From the NCBI GenBank assembly GCA_037379345.1, contig CM074521.1:186001-250000 (forward strand): a stretch of DNA of 64,000 nucleotides. The letters run 5' to 3'. A program made the position numbers and the translations under genes. This document shows, one piece after another, positions 25,690 to 39,382 of the stretch (positions within the stretch are counted from its first letter, which is position 1; every line of letters starts with the position of its first letter). This DNA is from Perna viridis (taxonomy: Eukaryota). The notes under the pieces were generated by a model that was not told the DNA's origin, did no database searches, and was given only the letters and a program-made list of their open reading frames with translations.

Positions 25690-28600
25690 TTTTATTTTCT
25701 ACTTTAATCGGATAAGAATGGGCACATAAATTTTACACTTCAGTATTTAAGCAAACTCTTTATTTTGTTATCATGACAGATTACTGCCATCACCTTTAAA
25801 CTCATCTCTTATTATGGAAAGAAAATCTTGTGATATTCATAATCCTTGCAATTGGTGGGTGATAATTACGTAAAAGTCCATAAACTGTATGTGTACCCGG
25901 TCTGAATCTCCACCTAATGTAGTATACATATGAACAACTACAATATATAATAGGAAGACATTTTTTCAAGGTGACACCGTGCAATCACGGCTTGGTATCA
26001 TAGATCAGCCTTGGTCTCGGCAAATCATTAAATTAATCTGACCTGATAAAGTGCAATCGTGGATAAAAGAAAATATCAATATTCATATTACCTGGGATAC
26101 CGACGGTGACTGTAGGTCCACCCCCACCATAATATTCACAACTCCAAAACATCACCCATCACGCTTAGGGGTAACTACTCTGTGAAATATATTATTCGAC
26201 CTATGCACAGTATATTCTAGGTTAAAAATATATAATTCACAAAGACAAAAAAGTGATTTATTTTCTATGTGACGATTTGTTTTTGTTTTTTGTTTAATTT
26301 TTTTTAATGAAGAGTAAATATAGAGTGAAAACTTCATAACGATGTAAAAACTGTGAAAAACGCAAAGCAATTTTGTTGTTATCTGCACTCTAACGCCCTG
26401 GACCACTTCATATTCTTTTAATGAACAAGATTGACACATATCCAATATGGACACACATGTTGAACATAGTCAATTATTCAGCAGCAATATATATATAAGC
26501 ACAAAAACGTACTTTCAAAAATTTGTAACCCACATTAATATTATTGAAGTTCAGTCGCCAAAACGAAGATTTGCGACTTGTGTTTTTTTTTATTTTTCTT
26601 CTTGTGAACGTGAAGATGTCCGAGCGATGACTCGACGACCGTTTATTTGATTCATACCAAAGTAAAAAATCAAGCATACTTAGTGCATGCAATTTATGAA
26701 TTTATGAAAAAGCCACCAAAAGAAAACCCGAAAAATGAGAAAACAATCTATAAAATTACTGGAACTATTTAGTTACAAGTGTGAAAGTAAATATAAATAG
26801 CAACTATTGACTTGCTGCCATCACAGGCGTCAACACTTTCTTTAATAAAGCCGCATTTTATTCAAAATGGCCATCAAATCGGCAAAATGCCAACATTGTT
26901 TGATTAAGATGAAATTTAATTTCCAGGTTTAACGTGAACACGGCCTTCTAAATTCAATATCGGCTTCGTAGTTAGGTTGATTCCGACTATTTGCAGGTTT
27001 TGCCAACTTTTGTGTTTTGCATGCATGCAAACGCAGTATCACTTGTTTCATTTTGTCTTTTAGTTGCTTCGTTAATGTTTATGCAGTTATATTGAAGACA
27101 AGTAATATCCGTATTGATTACGATTAAATTATGACTATATTTAGTATAATATACAATAATATAAACCGACTTTAGAACAAAAGTATTTTTAAGCAGTTGT
27201 ACTGATAAAAATGATCACATATTCTAGTAGACATGGATTGTGAGCCAGTCCGTTAGATTGAAAATCTTTCTTTTCCTTGTTTGTTTCTTTCTTTGTCTTT
27301 TTTGATAAATACATGTATTTTTTTCCATTCTTACTGATTGTCTTTTTACCAGAAACATATTTTTGCTCAGTGGAAATAAATGCTACGTAGCACGCATAAT
27401 GTGCATGTACTCCATTTTATATTACGTAAACTCTCTTGTTTATTTTCCATGTAAACAACGTCAGCTCTAGAGATGCAACTTCAAAATAAGATGCAGTGCC
27501 TTAGAATATTCAGTAGGCTAATTTTAACAGGAATGATTGGCAAACGAATATATCAAGCGCTACGTTACACGTCAAAAGTCATATTATACAGACATGTGCC
27601 ATGTGGATAGATAACGTTCACATAGCCACAATATCAACGGTGAACATAATCGTTTTCTATCGTAGATTTATTTGTCAAATGTAAATGTGTCATTGTCTAT
27701 GTAGTCATAAATTTATATGATTAAATTCATTTGCCATTAATTATTAATTACAAATACGTAAAAAATCATGGATAAATACGTAATATGCCGACAGCAAATA
27801 CAGAAAAAAGACAACTTTCTTCTGGAATCATTTATCTCCCGTATAAACCAAACATATGTCTTAAGTGAACAAAAGTTAGGGTTTAAAGTTGATTTGGTTT
27901 CCACATCCATCCATCCATCATAAAATTTTCTTACCATCGACGGTACCATCGTTACCACCATCAAAAATGTTATCAAACTTTAAAGTTATGAAAAATGAAT
28001 AGTAAACTAGTTTACTATTCACTTTTCAATAGTGAATAATGTCCGGTCATTATTTTCTAGTTTCTAAGACTCTTCGGGAATATTTGGCAAATAGCGACAA
28101 ATGTAGTGATCGTAGGTATCTGAAGTCACCAGGTGATACGGGAGGTCAATGTAGGGAACATCAACACCGCTCTCGACAATCACTATCCCTTGTTTTAAGT
28201 AACTAATTATGAGGCACCTGTTTTGGTTATTTTATGATCTTTGTTGTATGTGTCTGTTTTCCGTGTCTGGTTTTTGTCCCTAGATTACATTCTTTTGATC
28301 ACGCTAGAATGAATCTTTGTTCCATTGATTACTCTTTCAATACTTTTAATGTTTATGTGTCCACGATGTGCAAATAGTCATGGCTTCGTAGGTCACAAAT
28401 TTCAGTTGCAAACGAAATATTTATTTTATTTTAACCTTTTAAGTGGACAAGAAGAAACGAAATATAAATTTTATTTAAACCTTATAAGAGGACAAAAAGA
28501 GTGTGCAATTCCACTGTTTTGTATTAAAAATTTGAAGTACATGCGATACTATCATATAATAAGAAAATCAGAATTTTTTAATTATCTCAATAAACAAAAA

Positions 28601-29540
28601 ATAGAAAAGAATTAATTGGCGTCATTGAAAATATACAGTAATTTTCAATGCATTTTTAATTTTTTTCCTGCTTCAAGAAATGTTCAAAGAAAAGTTGGAG
28701 GAAGGTTGCATGCATTGACAAGTGTACTTTTGCGTATCTCTTCGCTGTTCCACATGCTGTTTAAACAACCTTAACCGCCTTGAAAAAAATATAGCCTCCG
28801 CTGTATTGTTCATTTGCAGCATAGCTTTTCTTAGACAGGGAAGGCATTCATATTTTGAATTTTTGGAAAGCTGTCACCTGCGTTTATGCCCCAAGTTATG
28901 TGTAAAATTATCCCACCATCCGTGGAGAATTGTTAAAATTCGGGATTTTATATATATTCTGAAAAATTACCCGCTTAATTTTAAAATGATATAGCCGGAG
29001 CAGCTTGGAAAGTTAAAAGTGAGGGTTAAAAAATGTTGGTGTTCGCTTCTATAGCAATGTATATGCCTACACCATATTACTTTATATGGTAGAATGAAAT
29101 TTTCTACTACCTTTTCCTCTTGTTTAGTTCGTCTGGTTAGTTGTAAGGAACACTGACAGACATTACATTCCAACCATATTTTGGGGTCCATTTAAACTGA
29201 AACCTTACCGTGGGATTTCTTAAAGGATCTACCGGAAAATTGATACAGCTCTGAAATTGTATACACTTCCCATTTTAGCCATATAGCATGCCAAAACGCC
29301 CATTCTCTATTGTTCCCATCCCCATTCCCTACAGAAAATTCTCAATATAAAAATTCCCATCCCCATAGAATCCCATGGCTTTTTTCATCAAGTATTTTCT
29401 TTGTACTTAATACTTTAACATTTAAAGTGTTATTTTGAATATAAATTGATATTCCCGACTTTCGATATATGCAGTTATCTAACCTGAATCGAGTTATCGT
29501 CCTTGACAGTAGGTATATCTACTTCCGTTATCGACCAAGA

Positions 29541-32500
29541 ATGGGGAAAACTACTGCGCTATCAAAGATTGCCACAATACCAAGGGCGTAATAGGACGTT
29601 TTGGTATACCAGTGAAGCTACACCATCTCACAAAGGATAAAGATGTACGCGCAGCGTTGCTACGTGCCATCAGTCGTAAAGATTTTAAGCCAAGCAGCTA
29701 CACGCAGGTAAACAGGAAACGAGCTATATAATGTGTGAATTGACCAAACATACCCACACCCTAGAAGGATTTATTTCTTTTTATCCAACTACCTAACTCA
29801 TTCATTAAGTGTGCTATATTTCCCTTGCATTACTACTATAGAAAAGTGAATTGGAAATGTGAAATGCACATGACTGGTGATATAAAAAATGTACATTGAT
29901 AATTGTATTACATAATCTACATTGTCCCTCATTTCTTTTGGTTCTGTGTTTGCCTTTAGGCACTAGCTTGAAGGTTGTGTCTTAGGGTTTAAAGTGTGAC
30001 TGTTTTAAGTTCACATATACTCCACTTCGCCTCAGCCTGTTTATCAGGGTTTTTTAAATCATTTTTTTAAGCTAAAAAATCCTTTAACAAAATACCATTT
30101 TATTCATATTGTTCTGTACTACAATTCTTATTTTTTTAAATGAAAACAAGCTGAGGTGAAAATGAAGTATGCACAGTTTTCCTACATATGTTTTTAGCCA
30201 GAATTATGTTTTGAATAATAAGAGGCTGGTTATTAAAGATACATTGTATATGTCCAACTGAGTACTATATTTCATTTTATTGTGCTTCTTGGTCTGAACA
30301 CTCTATATTAGTGTACCAAACCTTGATCTTTCAGTGTATTTGGCCCTTGTCAGGTTTCAAGCCTTTATATGTATGATTTTAGTTACTTTATATTCTTTGT
30401 CGTGTATGTCTGTTTTCCTAGTCTGGTCTTTGTCCCTGGATTACATTATTTTGATTACCGCCATAATCTTGGTTTCCTTGATCACTCTGTTACATACATT
30501 TGCTTTTCTCATGGCCATTAAGATAAATGTATCAAATTGACAGTAGAGACTGTATAATTATATTTTGTTTGCAGGTTTTCTCAGATCACTTCCCAGGTGG
30601 TAGAGAGAAAACCTGGTGCCACAAAGTTCCAACTTTGTTCCTGCCGCAGAAGATGACACCAGATACACAAAGCCCAGGAAATCAGTAAATAGCAACAAGC
30701 ATAGGTTTTGGTTCAGTAGTCTTGGTGGTGAAGATGTAAATGACAACATGGAAGTCACTTACACAAATCCAGGATTGTTTGAACATGAAATTCATGCGTA
30801 AGGTTTTATATTGCATTTTTATGTAAAAAAATCATAAAAGTAATGTATATATTTTATTTCGATACAGACCTCAGTACTGTACATGTAAGATCTTTTTTTC
30901 TAAAATCAGACACATTGTACATAATACTTCATGTACATGCCTTATATTTCACCATATCTGTTCTTTTTGCAATGTGTTTCCAGCTGTGGTTATATGTGTA
31001 TTTAATGCAAGTCTGTAACCCAGACCATTTTTCTATTAATTCTAAAGTACACAGCAATTAATCAATTCTATTAGATATCACTATGTATATTGTAAATACC
31101 TTTAGGGAATAGCATATTTCAGTTATTACATTTATTCTTTATTTTGCCGGTATTTTATCTTCAGTTATTCCAAGAGTAATACTGAGCAAGGTATCAATTT
31201 TATGTACACAAGAGGAAGATCCATCCAATGATTAGTGAGGAATAATGTCTTGGTAAATAAAAGTTCTACGGAATTTTATCATCATTTAACACAAAAACCA
31301 TCAGTTTGTGATCTTGACTTCATATTGCACGTGCAATATATGTGGACATGTAATGTTTTTATACTTAATATTGACCTGTCAAGCCATTATTACAAGGACG
31401 ATGATTGTGATTTACCGTCTATGTACTGGATTCCTAAACTTCACAAGAATCCATACAAACAACTTTTCATAGATAGATTTGCAATATGTACCACCAAACC
31501 TCTTTCAAAACTTTTAACTTCTATACCCACAACTGTCAAAGAGGGTCTGCAGTCCTACCACAACACTTGTTACTCCCGTAGTGGTATTAATTCAATGTGG
31601 ATCCTGAAAAATTCGAAAGATCTTTTGGAGACAATCAGTTCAAGACTATTATCTGAATATAATAGCATTAAAACCTTTGATTTGTCAACACGGTATACGT
31701 CTATTCCCCATACTCAGTCCCGACTTAAAAACATCATGCATCGTGTTTTTCCAAAAAAGATGGTACACCTATATACAAATATATAGTTCTTGGTAGAGAT
31801 TCCTCATACTTTGTAAGAAATAATTCCAAATCATCTTCCAAATATACAGAGGAAGATGTTTACAAAATGCTGGAATTTTTAATCGACAATATATTTGTCC
31901 AGTGTGGTGGACATGTTTTTCAATAGACGGTCTGCATTCCAATGGGAACAAATTGTGCTCCTTTACTTGCTGACATATTCCTTCACTCTTATGAGGCTGA
32001 CTTTATAGCTGCTCTGATCAAAAAGAAAGAATATCGTTTGGCTAGATCCTTCATTCTGAATTTCCGCTATATAGATGACGTATTATCTTTCAACAATCCT
32101 AATTTCGGGGATTTGATACATCGCATCTACCCAAAAAGGATACTACAGACACTGTAAAATCAGCCTCATATCTTGACCTACACTTAGAAATCGATGGTAA
32201 GGGAAAACTATTGACCAAACTTTACGACAAACGTGATGACTTTTCATTCAGAATTGTCAACTTTCCTTCATCTGTGGCAACATCCCTTTGGCTCCTGCGT
32301 ATGGCGTGTTCATATTACAACTCATACGTTATGCCAGAGCTTGCCGAAACTACGCAGACTTTTTGTATCGCGCTAGAACTCTAACAAATAGGCTTCTGGA
32401 ACAGGGTTATATGTTGCTACAAGAATGAAGTTATCACTACAGAAGTTTTATGGCTGTCATCAAGAACTCGTGCATCGTTATGGTGTATCTATCACCACCA

Positions 32501-34284
32501 CGAACACTGATTTACTCAACGGGTCATAGTTTTCCTTTTCTCGTTCGTCTACCCCGGACTTGACTTTTTATGAGCAACTCGGCGGGTGTTTCTAGAAAAG
32601 CAGAGGACGCTTACCCTACCGATGCACCTGGTCCATGCTCCCAGTTTTTAGTGGAGTCCGAGTTGCTCATTTACTTTTGTTACTTTGTATGCATGATTTT
32701 AGTTACTTTATATTTTTTGTTGTGTATGTCTGTTTTCTATGTCTGGTCTTTGTCCCTGGATTAAATTCTTTTGATTACCGCTATAACCTTGGTTCCATTA
32801 ATTACTCTTACAATAACTACATACATATATAATTAAAATTATTTCTATGTGTAATAAAAGAAATATTTAAGATTTTCTAACATATTCTCGTGTCTGGGAC
32901 TACATTGAATGTATTAATCAAGATAGAAAATCATGCCTAATGGAAATAAGTACAAAGTGTACATGTACATGTAATATCTCTTAAAGAGAGTTAAAAGAGT
33001 AACGGAATACATTTTGCCCTTTATGAACCTTGTTACTTAATTGATTTCTCATAAAATCTAAACGTTGTATTTCTTTGATTTTGAAGTCCTAACTGAACAT
33101 TCTGTAGCTGAGTAGCAGCTTATTTTTTCTGCCAATTTGGAGCTTTCCCAACCTTACTCCTTTATTTTGTGTAAACTTATAAAATTAATGACAGTTCATC
33201 TACCTTTTTAGTCTATAAAGCATTTTGTAAATTGTTTTTCATTCACTGCAAAATATCATTAAGTTTAGTGTTGTAGTTGTATAAACAATTGCACATGTAA
33301 TGTTTTTATTAATTATTTAGTAATTCAAAGAACGAAATCTATGAAAATATATCCAGTGATGAAAAATGTAAAATGGTTGATAAAAGTGTACAAGTTTGTT
33401 GTCCAGAAATTACCATAGAAGATATCAGAGATTCAGATGTTCAGGTTCTTTTTTATGCTGGTCAGCCGAACTATAATACATTCATTGCATTATATGAGAG
33501 CTTACTGAAGATTGGTGCAGACAGAATGGTTGTCGAAAATGGAACTTTAATGCCAAAAACCCTCTAATCGTAAACTTAGGCTCCTGAATGAATTTCTGAT
33601 GGTGCTAATGAGAACAAGACTTGACCTACTTTTAAATGATTTAGAAGTTAGATCAGCTGTCAGCTGGAAGAATTTGAAGAATATTTAATTCCTGGATAAA
33701 TTTAATGGTTCAAGGATTACGATCAACAGTTTTTATGCATCCTTTAGAGATAATGCAGTCAAAAATTCCAAAGTGCTTTAAATTTTTTCCGATACCAGAG
33801 TTGTATTGGACAGTACAGAGATTTTCACCAAAACAAATTACAAACAAACTCTAATTACAAATCTCATAATACTTTCAAGTCCCTGATTAGTGTAAATATG
33901 ACCGGAGCAGTTGTGTTTGTCTCTCCTTTACGTCTGATGTTTATATAACCAGAAACAGTGGTCTCATTGATTTGTTACAAATTGGGGATGCAGGTATGGT
34001 TCATAAGGTTTTTTTTCCATCTCCATACAGATTTGAATAAGAAAGGAGTTAAACTTTACTGTCCACCATTTTTATCAGCAGTCAACAAACAGTTTACAAA
34101 GTCTGAAATTGAATTTACCAGGAGGGTAGCTTCTGCCAGAATTAACGTTGAACGAAAAACGGAACAGATAAAAAACTCCAGAATATTGCAGGGAATTATG
34201 CCAATAAGTTTGAGTTGTATTGCAAACTCAAGTTTCTTTGTGTGCAGTGCTTTGACAAACTTGCTTCCAGCTTTGGTTAAGTGA
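29541..34284 (+). pseudogene. Intron-containing THAP-domain Harbinger-type (DDE_Tnp_4-like) transposase pseudogene
   Basis: Exon 29541-29707 YCAIKDCHN...RAISRKDFKPSSYTQ splices to 30575 VFSDHFPGG (THAP). Last exon ~33321-34284 has EFLMVLMRTRL, RVVLDSTEIF, NYKSHNTFK, and PPFL...QFTKSEIEFTRRVASARINVER..QIK..RILQG. Frameshifted. Confidence 0.88.
31390..32808 (+). mobile_element. 5'-truncated Penelope-like retroelement RT nested in a transposase intron; no GIY-YIG after the RT (Naiad/Chlamys-like organisation)
   Basis: LPSMYWIPKLHKNPYK, IKTFDLSTRYTSIPH, IPMGTNCAPLLAD, FRYIDD, YLDLHLEI, TKLYDKRDDF, QLIRYARAC. The ORF ends near 32529 and runs straight into a ~280-bp 3' UTR. Confidence 0.9.
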
Positions 34285-34689
34285 ATAATGCATTATACAA
34301 TAAAATTCAACATTTATTACATTTAAACATGTTGGAAGAAATTCTTTTAAAAAAAAGTTGTGATCAGAATTTGAATAGATGCGATAACAATAAGGTCCTG
34401 CATCATGTACATGTACACAAGTTCTGTTGCGGTGGTTTTGAATGAATATTCTAATTGGTTGATTTTCAATAATATTTTCTACAAATCATTGAACCTATTG
34501 ATTATGATATTACTATATCATTGCATATATATTTACATATTAAGGTCCTAAACAAGTATTGTTTCTCACTTTTGAGCAGACCAGAATTTCAAAATTGCCA
34601 CCAAAGGAGATCAAAGTTTGTAACTACTTGATTACATGAATAGTACCATAGATTTATACTAAAATAAAGTAATACATTTAAAAGTATAT

Positions 34690-37232
34690 AGATCCCTTTT
34701 TATTAATCTTCGAGGACATCTTTAGATGCTTCAATAATGAAACGAACCATGTGTGTTGCATAAAATTTGCTCAGTACTGGTCTTATTTCAGACCAGTAGT
34801 CTTGGTCAAACTATACTTCACTACTTTAAAGTCTTTTAAACAATATATAACAAAATCACACTTCATTGCCTGACATATTGCCATTTGGCCTTGTACTTGA
34901 GCATAATATTTGTGTGACCTTTTCAATCGTATTTCATTGTCGTCGTCGATTTCACACAAGAAATCTCGGTCTTTACAGGCATCCCGAATGGATTTAAAGC
35001 GCCATTTATACGGACATTTGGTCACCAAGACCCACGACCTGCACATATTCGTTTTGTAGGTAATAATGCCATCTGGACTTGCTCCTAGGTAGCAGCATGA
35101 TTCACAGAGAAAAAGACCACATTCACGCACACTCACATGTTCAATATGCGGTAGTTTTTTGTAGGTAAGATACTTTTTCCTTGCAATAGCCTCTCGTTTT
35201 CTACCCCATTCCAAATAAGGAGTATCACCATATTTAAGTTTGTTTGAAAACGTTTCTAATAGTTTGTCAACGTTTACCTTTTTTCTGTTAAAATTGCATA
35301 AAAATTTGAAGTTGTAATTTTGAAGTGTCTCGGGGATTGCCAAAGCCGATTTGCATTTTGTCCTATTGTTCTTATTTCAATTTCTTTTAAAGTGTCTTTG
35401 GAATGTTTGAAAACTTTTCAATGATGCCACTTTCGTCAATATTTTCTTTTTTGGCAATAGATAACACATCAATATATTTGTCCGATTCTTTAATGATAAA
35501 TTCTGAGGTTGAAACCTCTTCAAATCGTGATACATTTAAATCATCCGAAATATCGACATTATTCAAAGGCGATGGTATTAGATCGAACAGTACTGGATTT
35601 GCAATTGCGGAGCTTCCGAGGTTAGGGTCAATGTAACGAAGAATTCTTTCCAGGTTTTCTGATTTTGATTTACACTGAAATCCCCTCCATACTTCATTTT
35701 AAAACTGTAATTCATTCACTTCCATTAGCTCATCTTCTTCTTTCCGACCTTACTCCAATCACATTGCTTAAATGTACATGGAACTTCGGCCAATTTATTC
35801 GCAGTAGCCTCGATTGTAAATTTCCTTCGCCTAACCTAAAGGAAAAAGAACCTTCGACAGACGGTTTAACGCCACTCGCAGTCTAAACAAGCAATACAAA
35901 TACTGGCGACGATATTATTAAAATAAATTAATGCTAATAATGAATTATTACAAAAATAAATAGAATAATTGTATAATCTTGACTCACTGAGGATCGGGGG
36001 TACTTGCATGATTATTGGAATGCGGGATTTGCATCTGAATGGTAGAAACCTTGCCATAGTTTATGCAGACCATATGATATTAGAGATCCAAAACTATCCA
36101 AGAAGGAACCGGAATAATTCCAAGCTACCAAACGTTATGGGTACGTTACATCATATAATGTCAAATTCCAATTCTACTTTTAAAAGATCTGTATAGTTAA
36201 TACAAATTGCTGCATGTGACCACGAAGTACCTTCCATCAATACTGACAAAATGAAAATATGATGATATAGACCTGAAATCTATGCAAAACGAGTTCTTCC
36301 TGGGGACAGGTCGACTTGACTATAAAAATGCCAGTTTTGTTTTTAATTTCAAAATCCTGACCGAAATTATTCAGGTCACGCGAATTTCTTGACCAAAAAT
36401 TATGCAATGATGCGAAAAATCTGACCGGACCGGAACTATCAAAATTGAACAATCACAGAAGACAATCAGAAACAAGGTTAATTGTATAAGCCAAAATGTT
36501 CAGAAAAAATAGAGAAGTTTGACTAAAAATTTCAGGAAAACGTATAGCTTTGAACTTTGAACCAAAATCCTGACCTAAATATATCTGCCTCCCCACCCCT
36601 CGGAGCTCTAGATACTATACGTCACCAGTTTATTGTGTCTGAATCTTTACTGTAAATACTAACCCGGCTGGGTAAGTTCAATTAGCCTGTGAAATGTAGA
36701 ATGTTTTTTTCTTTTGTCAACAAGAGCCTTTGAATATATTTTCCCTGTTTCATTGAGGGGATAACACTTGGAGCACCCATCATCTATTGTGTTCACCATA
36801 ACATCATGAATATACTTTTCTTTATAAAAATTGTAACCCCGTATAAACTGGCGATAACATTGCATTTTTTCTTGGTCCTCTGTTCTATGGGAACTTTCCA
36901 ATACATACGCTTCTACGTCTTTATGAGACAGTTTAGGGAGTAACTCTTCTATAACCTTGGTTCCATTGATTACTCCTTCGTTACTTGTCCACCCTGAGTA
37001 AAGCTCAGAAATAAGAGGTATAAATTAATTTTCATTATTTGATAACTCTCCAGACTTCTTGCTATCATTATTCAAATTATGTATTATGCCTTCTTGTTCT
37101 TAGGGCAAGTTTAAATTTATTTCCCAACATTTTGGCATTCGATTTCCCGAGAAAATTGGTAAGATCTACTTTTTTCAAAGTAAGAAAGTCTTCAGGTGTT
37201 GTTTTTGAGTTGACATCGTCAAGTGATTTCAT
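34690..37232 (-). pseudogene. SAP-SWIM-YqaJ (lambda-exonuclease-like) accessory gene of the ISL2EU element
   Basis: ATG 37232 then LTLKKVDLTNFLGKSNAKMLGNKFKLALR (SAP-like); RGYNFYKEKYI; partly deleted SWIM region followed by VPCTFKQCDW; YqaJ motifs WGRKRE, ECGLF..YLGASPDG, KCPY, HKYYAQVQGQM. Confidence 0.88.
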
Positions 37233-39334
37233 TTTTAGGTATTAAAGTTAATAAGATAAATAATAATGTTGCTGTTTTTAAATTTCCGCCCTTGAAATTT
37301 TAATACAGGAAATCGATATACCTACTAAAAGGAACGGTAACTCGTCTTAAGAACGCCAACTCGCGTTTGCCGCAAGTAGGGAATATGTTTTACAAAAATA
37401 AACACTTGAAAAACTTATTTCCCTATCCCCTTTCCCAATTCATAATCCCAAACTCCTTACACTATCTCAATTCCTCATCGTCACATTACCATCACACCAT
37501 ATACGATAAAAAAGAAAGGATTCTCCATTAAAGTACTAGTTTGATATTTACCGAATGTTACAATTTCATTGTTGTTTTGGGTTGTTCCTTTACATCTAGA
37601 TATATGATATGACACAAGCTACAATACAAACAATATCTGAGGACCTAGGTATAAAAAGATAAGACACTTTTACCACATATTTTGTCACTGTTCGATTTTA
37701 TAGACAGATGATTATAGGCACATTTTTGTATGTTCTGAATTTCATATTCATATGATTTGTTGATACTAAAAAGCTATTTACCTTAGACTTGGTTTAATAA
37801 CGATCTTAATTTTACCTCGAGGTGATATAGCTACATGTGTGTCTAAGTCAAATGTTTTGATAAATCTTTTCTGATGCTATTTGATATGACTTAATATATG
37901 TTTCATCAAAGTGTTTAGTCAATGCATGCATCTTGAAAGGAAGAAATAACTGTTCGTCCTAAAACGTTAAATAGCTGCTTAAAATTGTAATCGTAATTTT
38001 GATAATACTACTGTTACATTTTAAGATCACACTTTGTTCAGCAGCAATGTGCATTACAAAACTTACATTTGACCTTGACGGTACTGTCGACAACAATATA
38101 AGTGCGCACAATTTTACTTGAATGTAAGTGCTACAAAGTACATAGTATGAGCACAGTGAAGTGTATACATGTATTGGTTTGAATTATCCTCTTTGTTCAA
38201 ATGTATTCACAAGTACTTATCTTAATTTTAACCAAACATCTTTCTTCAGTTTTCATACTCTCATAATTGACATAGTATGTATAAGTAACACAGGATGATG
38301 CTATTTATGATATTAATTATATATATTTCCGTCGTCAGTATGAATAAATGCTTGTCCTTGCTGGTGAACACAAACGAGTTCGTACAACTACAAACTTGCT
38401 TCAAGGAGGGAAATTTCACCACGTACGTGTGCATTACAATAATATTAAGTTCTTGAATATGAGAAATTCCCCTCTTCTATTACTTCCTTTTTGAAACAAA
38501 ATAACGTTGTAGATTAAAACAGTATCACGAAGCCATGTAAAAATAAATTAGTTTTCTAATACCACAAATCAGGTTCTATCCCATCTTTAATAAAAATCTT
38601 AATTAAAATTCCTTTTTTTATTTCCTAACTGAATAATAAATAATCTATGTATTCACTGTCATGGTGTCTTATAAATGTTTCATAAGAATTTTTGATACTG
38701 ATGTGTCATTTATCTCCATTCATTTAAACTCGTGTTAGTCGAGAGTTTATTGTTGATTCGATTATCTATAGAAAAAAAACAAAAATTTCTGTGAAAGATT
38801 CATTATATCAACGTCTGAATAACATAGTAAAAAGGGGCTTCCCTGTCTGCAACTGATGTCATGTACCAATACTCTTAAACATTTCCCTGTCACACATAAC
38901 TACACTAGTTAAGGCCAGAATCAATCATATATCTTGAGTCAAATAAACTGATGAGCCATTTTACCATAAGACGTATAAAAACAGTTTTTAATATTGGTAA
39001 GATAATACTAAATATATGGAGAACGATGTTATGTTTGAAAGATAACGTTTAAATATCTTCCTGCCATTTGTTTCACCTTAACACCTGTCATATTAACCAT
39101 TAAAGATAACTTGTATTAGTTATATAAAATATAAATTTATAAATATAAATATTAATATATAAATTTTCAGTCAACAAATGACCTTCTTCAGTGCCTTAAA
39201 TAAACTGAGTGTGTATTTAAGGCACTGAAGGTCTACTACAAATTTTATCCATTATATACTTTATTATAGTGTATTAACATCTTTATCGGTATCGTTGTAC
39301 AATTCTTTAGACTTATATATTTAGACTATATATA

Positions 39335-39338
<4 letters not shown>

Positions 39339-39378
<40 letters not shown>
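39339..39378. repeat. (GT)n microsatellite
   Basis: Pure dinucleotide run. Confidence 0.95.

Positions 39379-39382
<4 letters not shown>

Larger units (their letters stand above)
29424..37408. mobile_element. Decayed ISL2EU (Harbinger/IS5-related) DNA transposon with two convergent genes
   Basis: THAP+DDE transposase on +, SAP-SWIM-YqaJ gene on -. Imperfect inverted repeats at ~29424-29527 and ~37305-37408 share AAGTGTT, TATTCCCnACT, CGAGTTAnCGT and AGTAGGTATATC. Exact termini uncertain. Confidence 0.85.
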
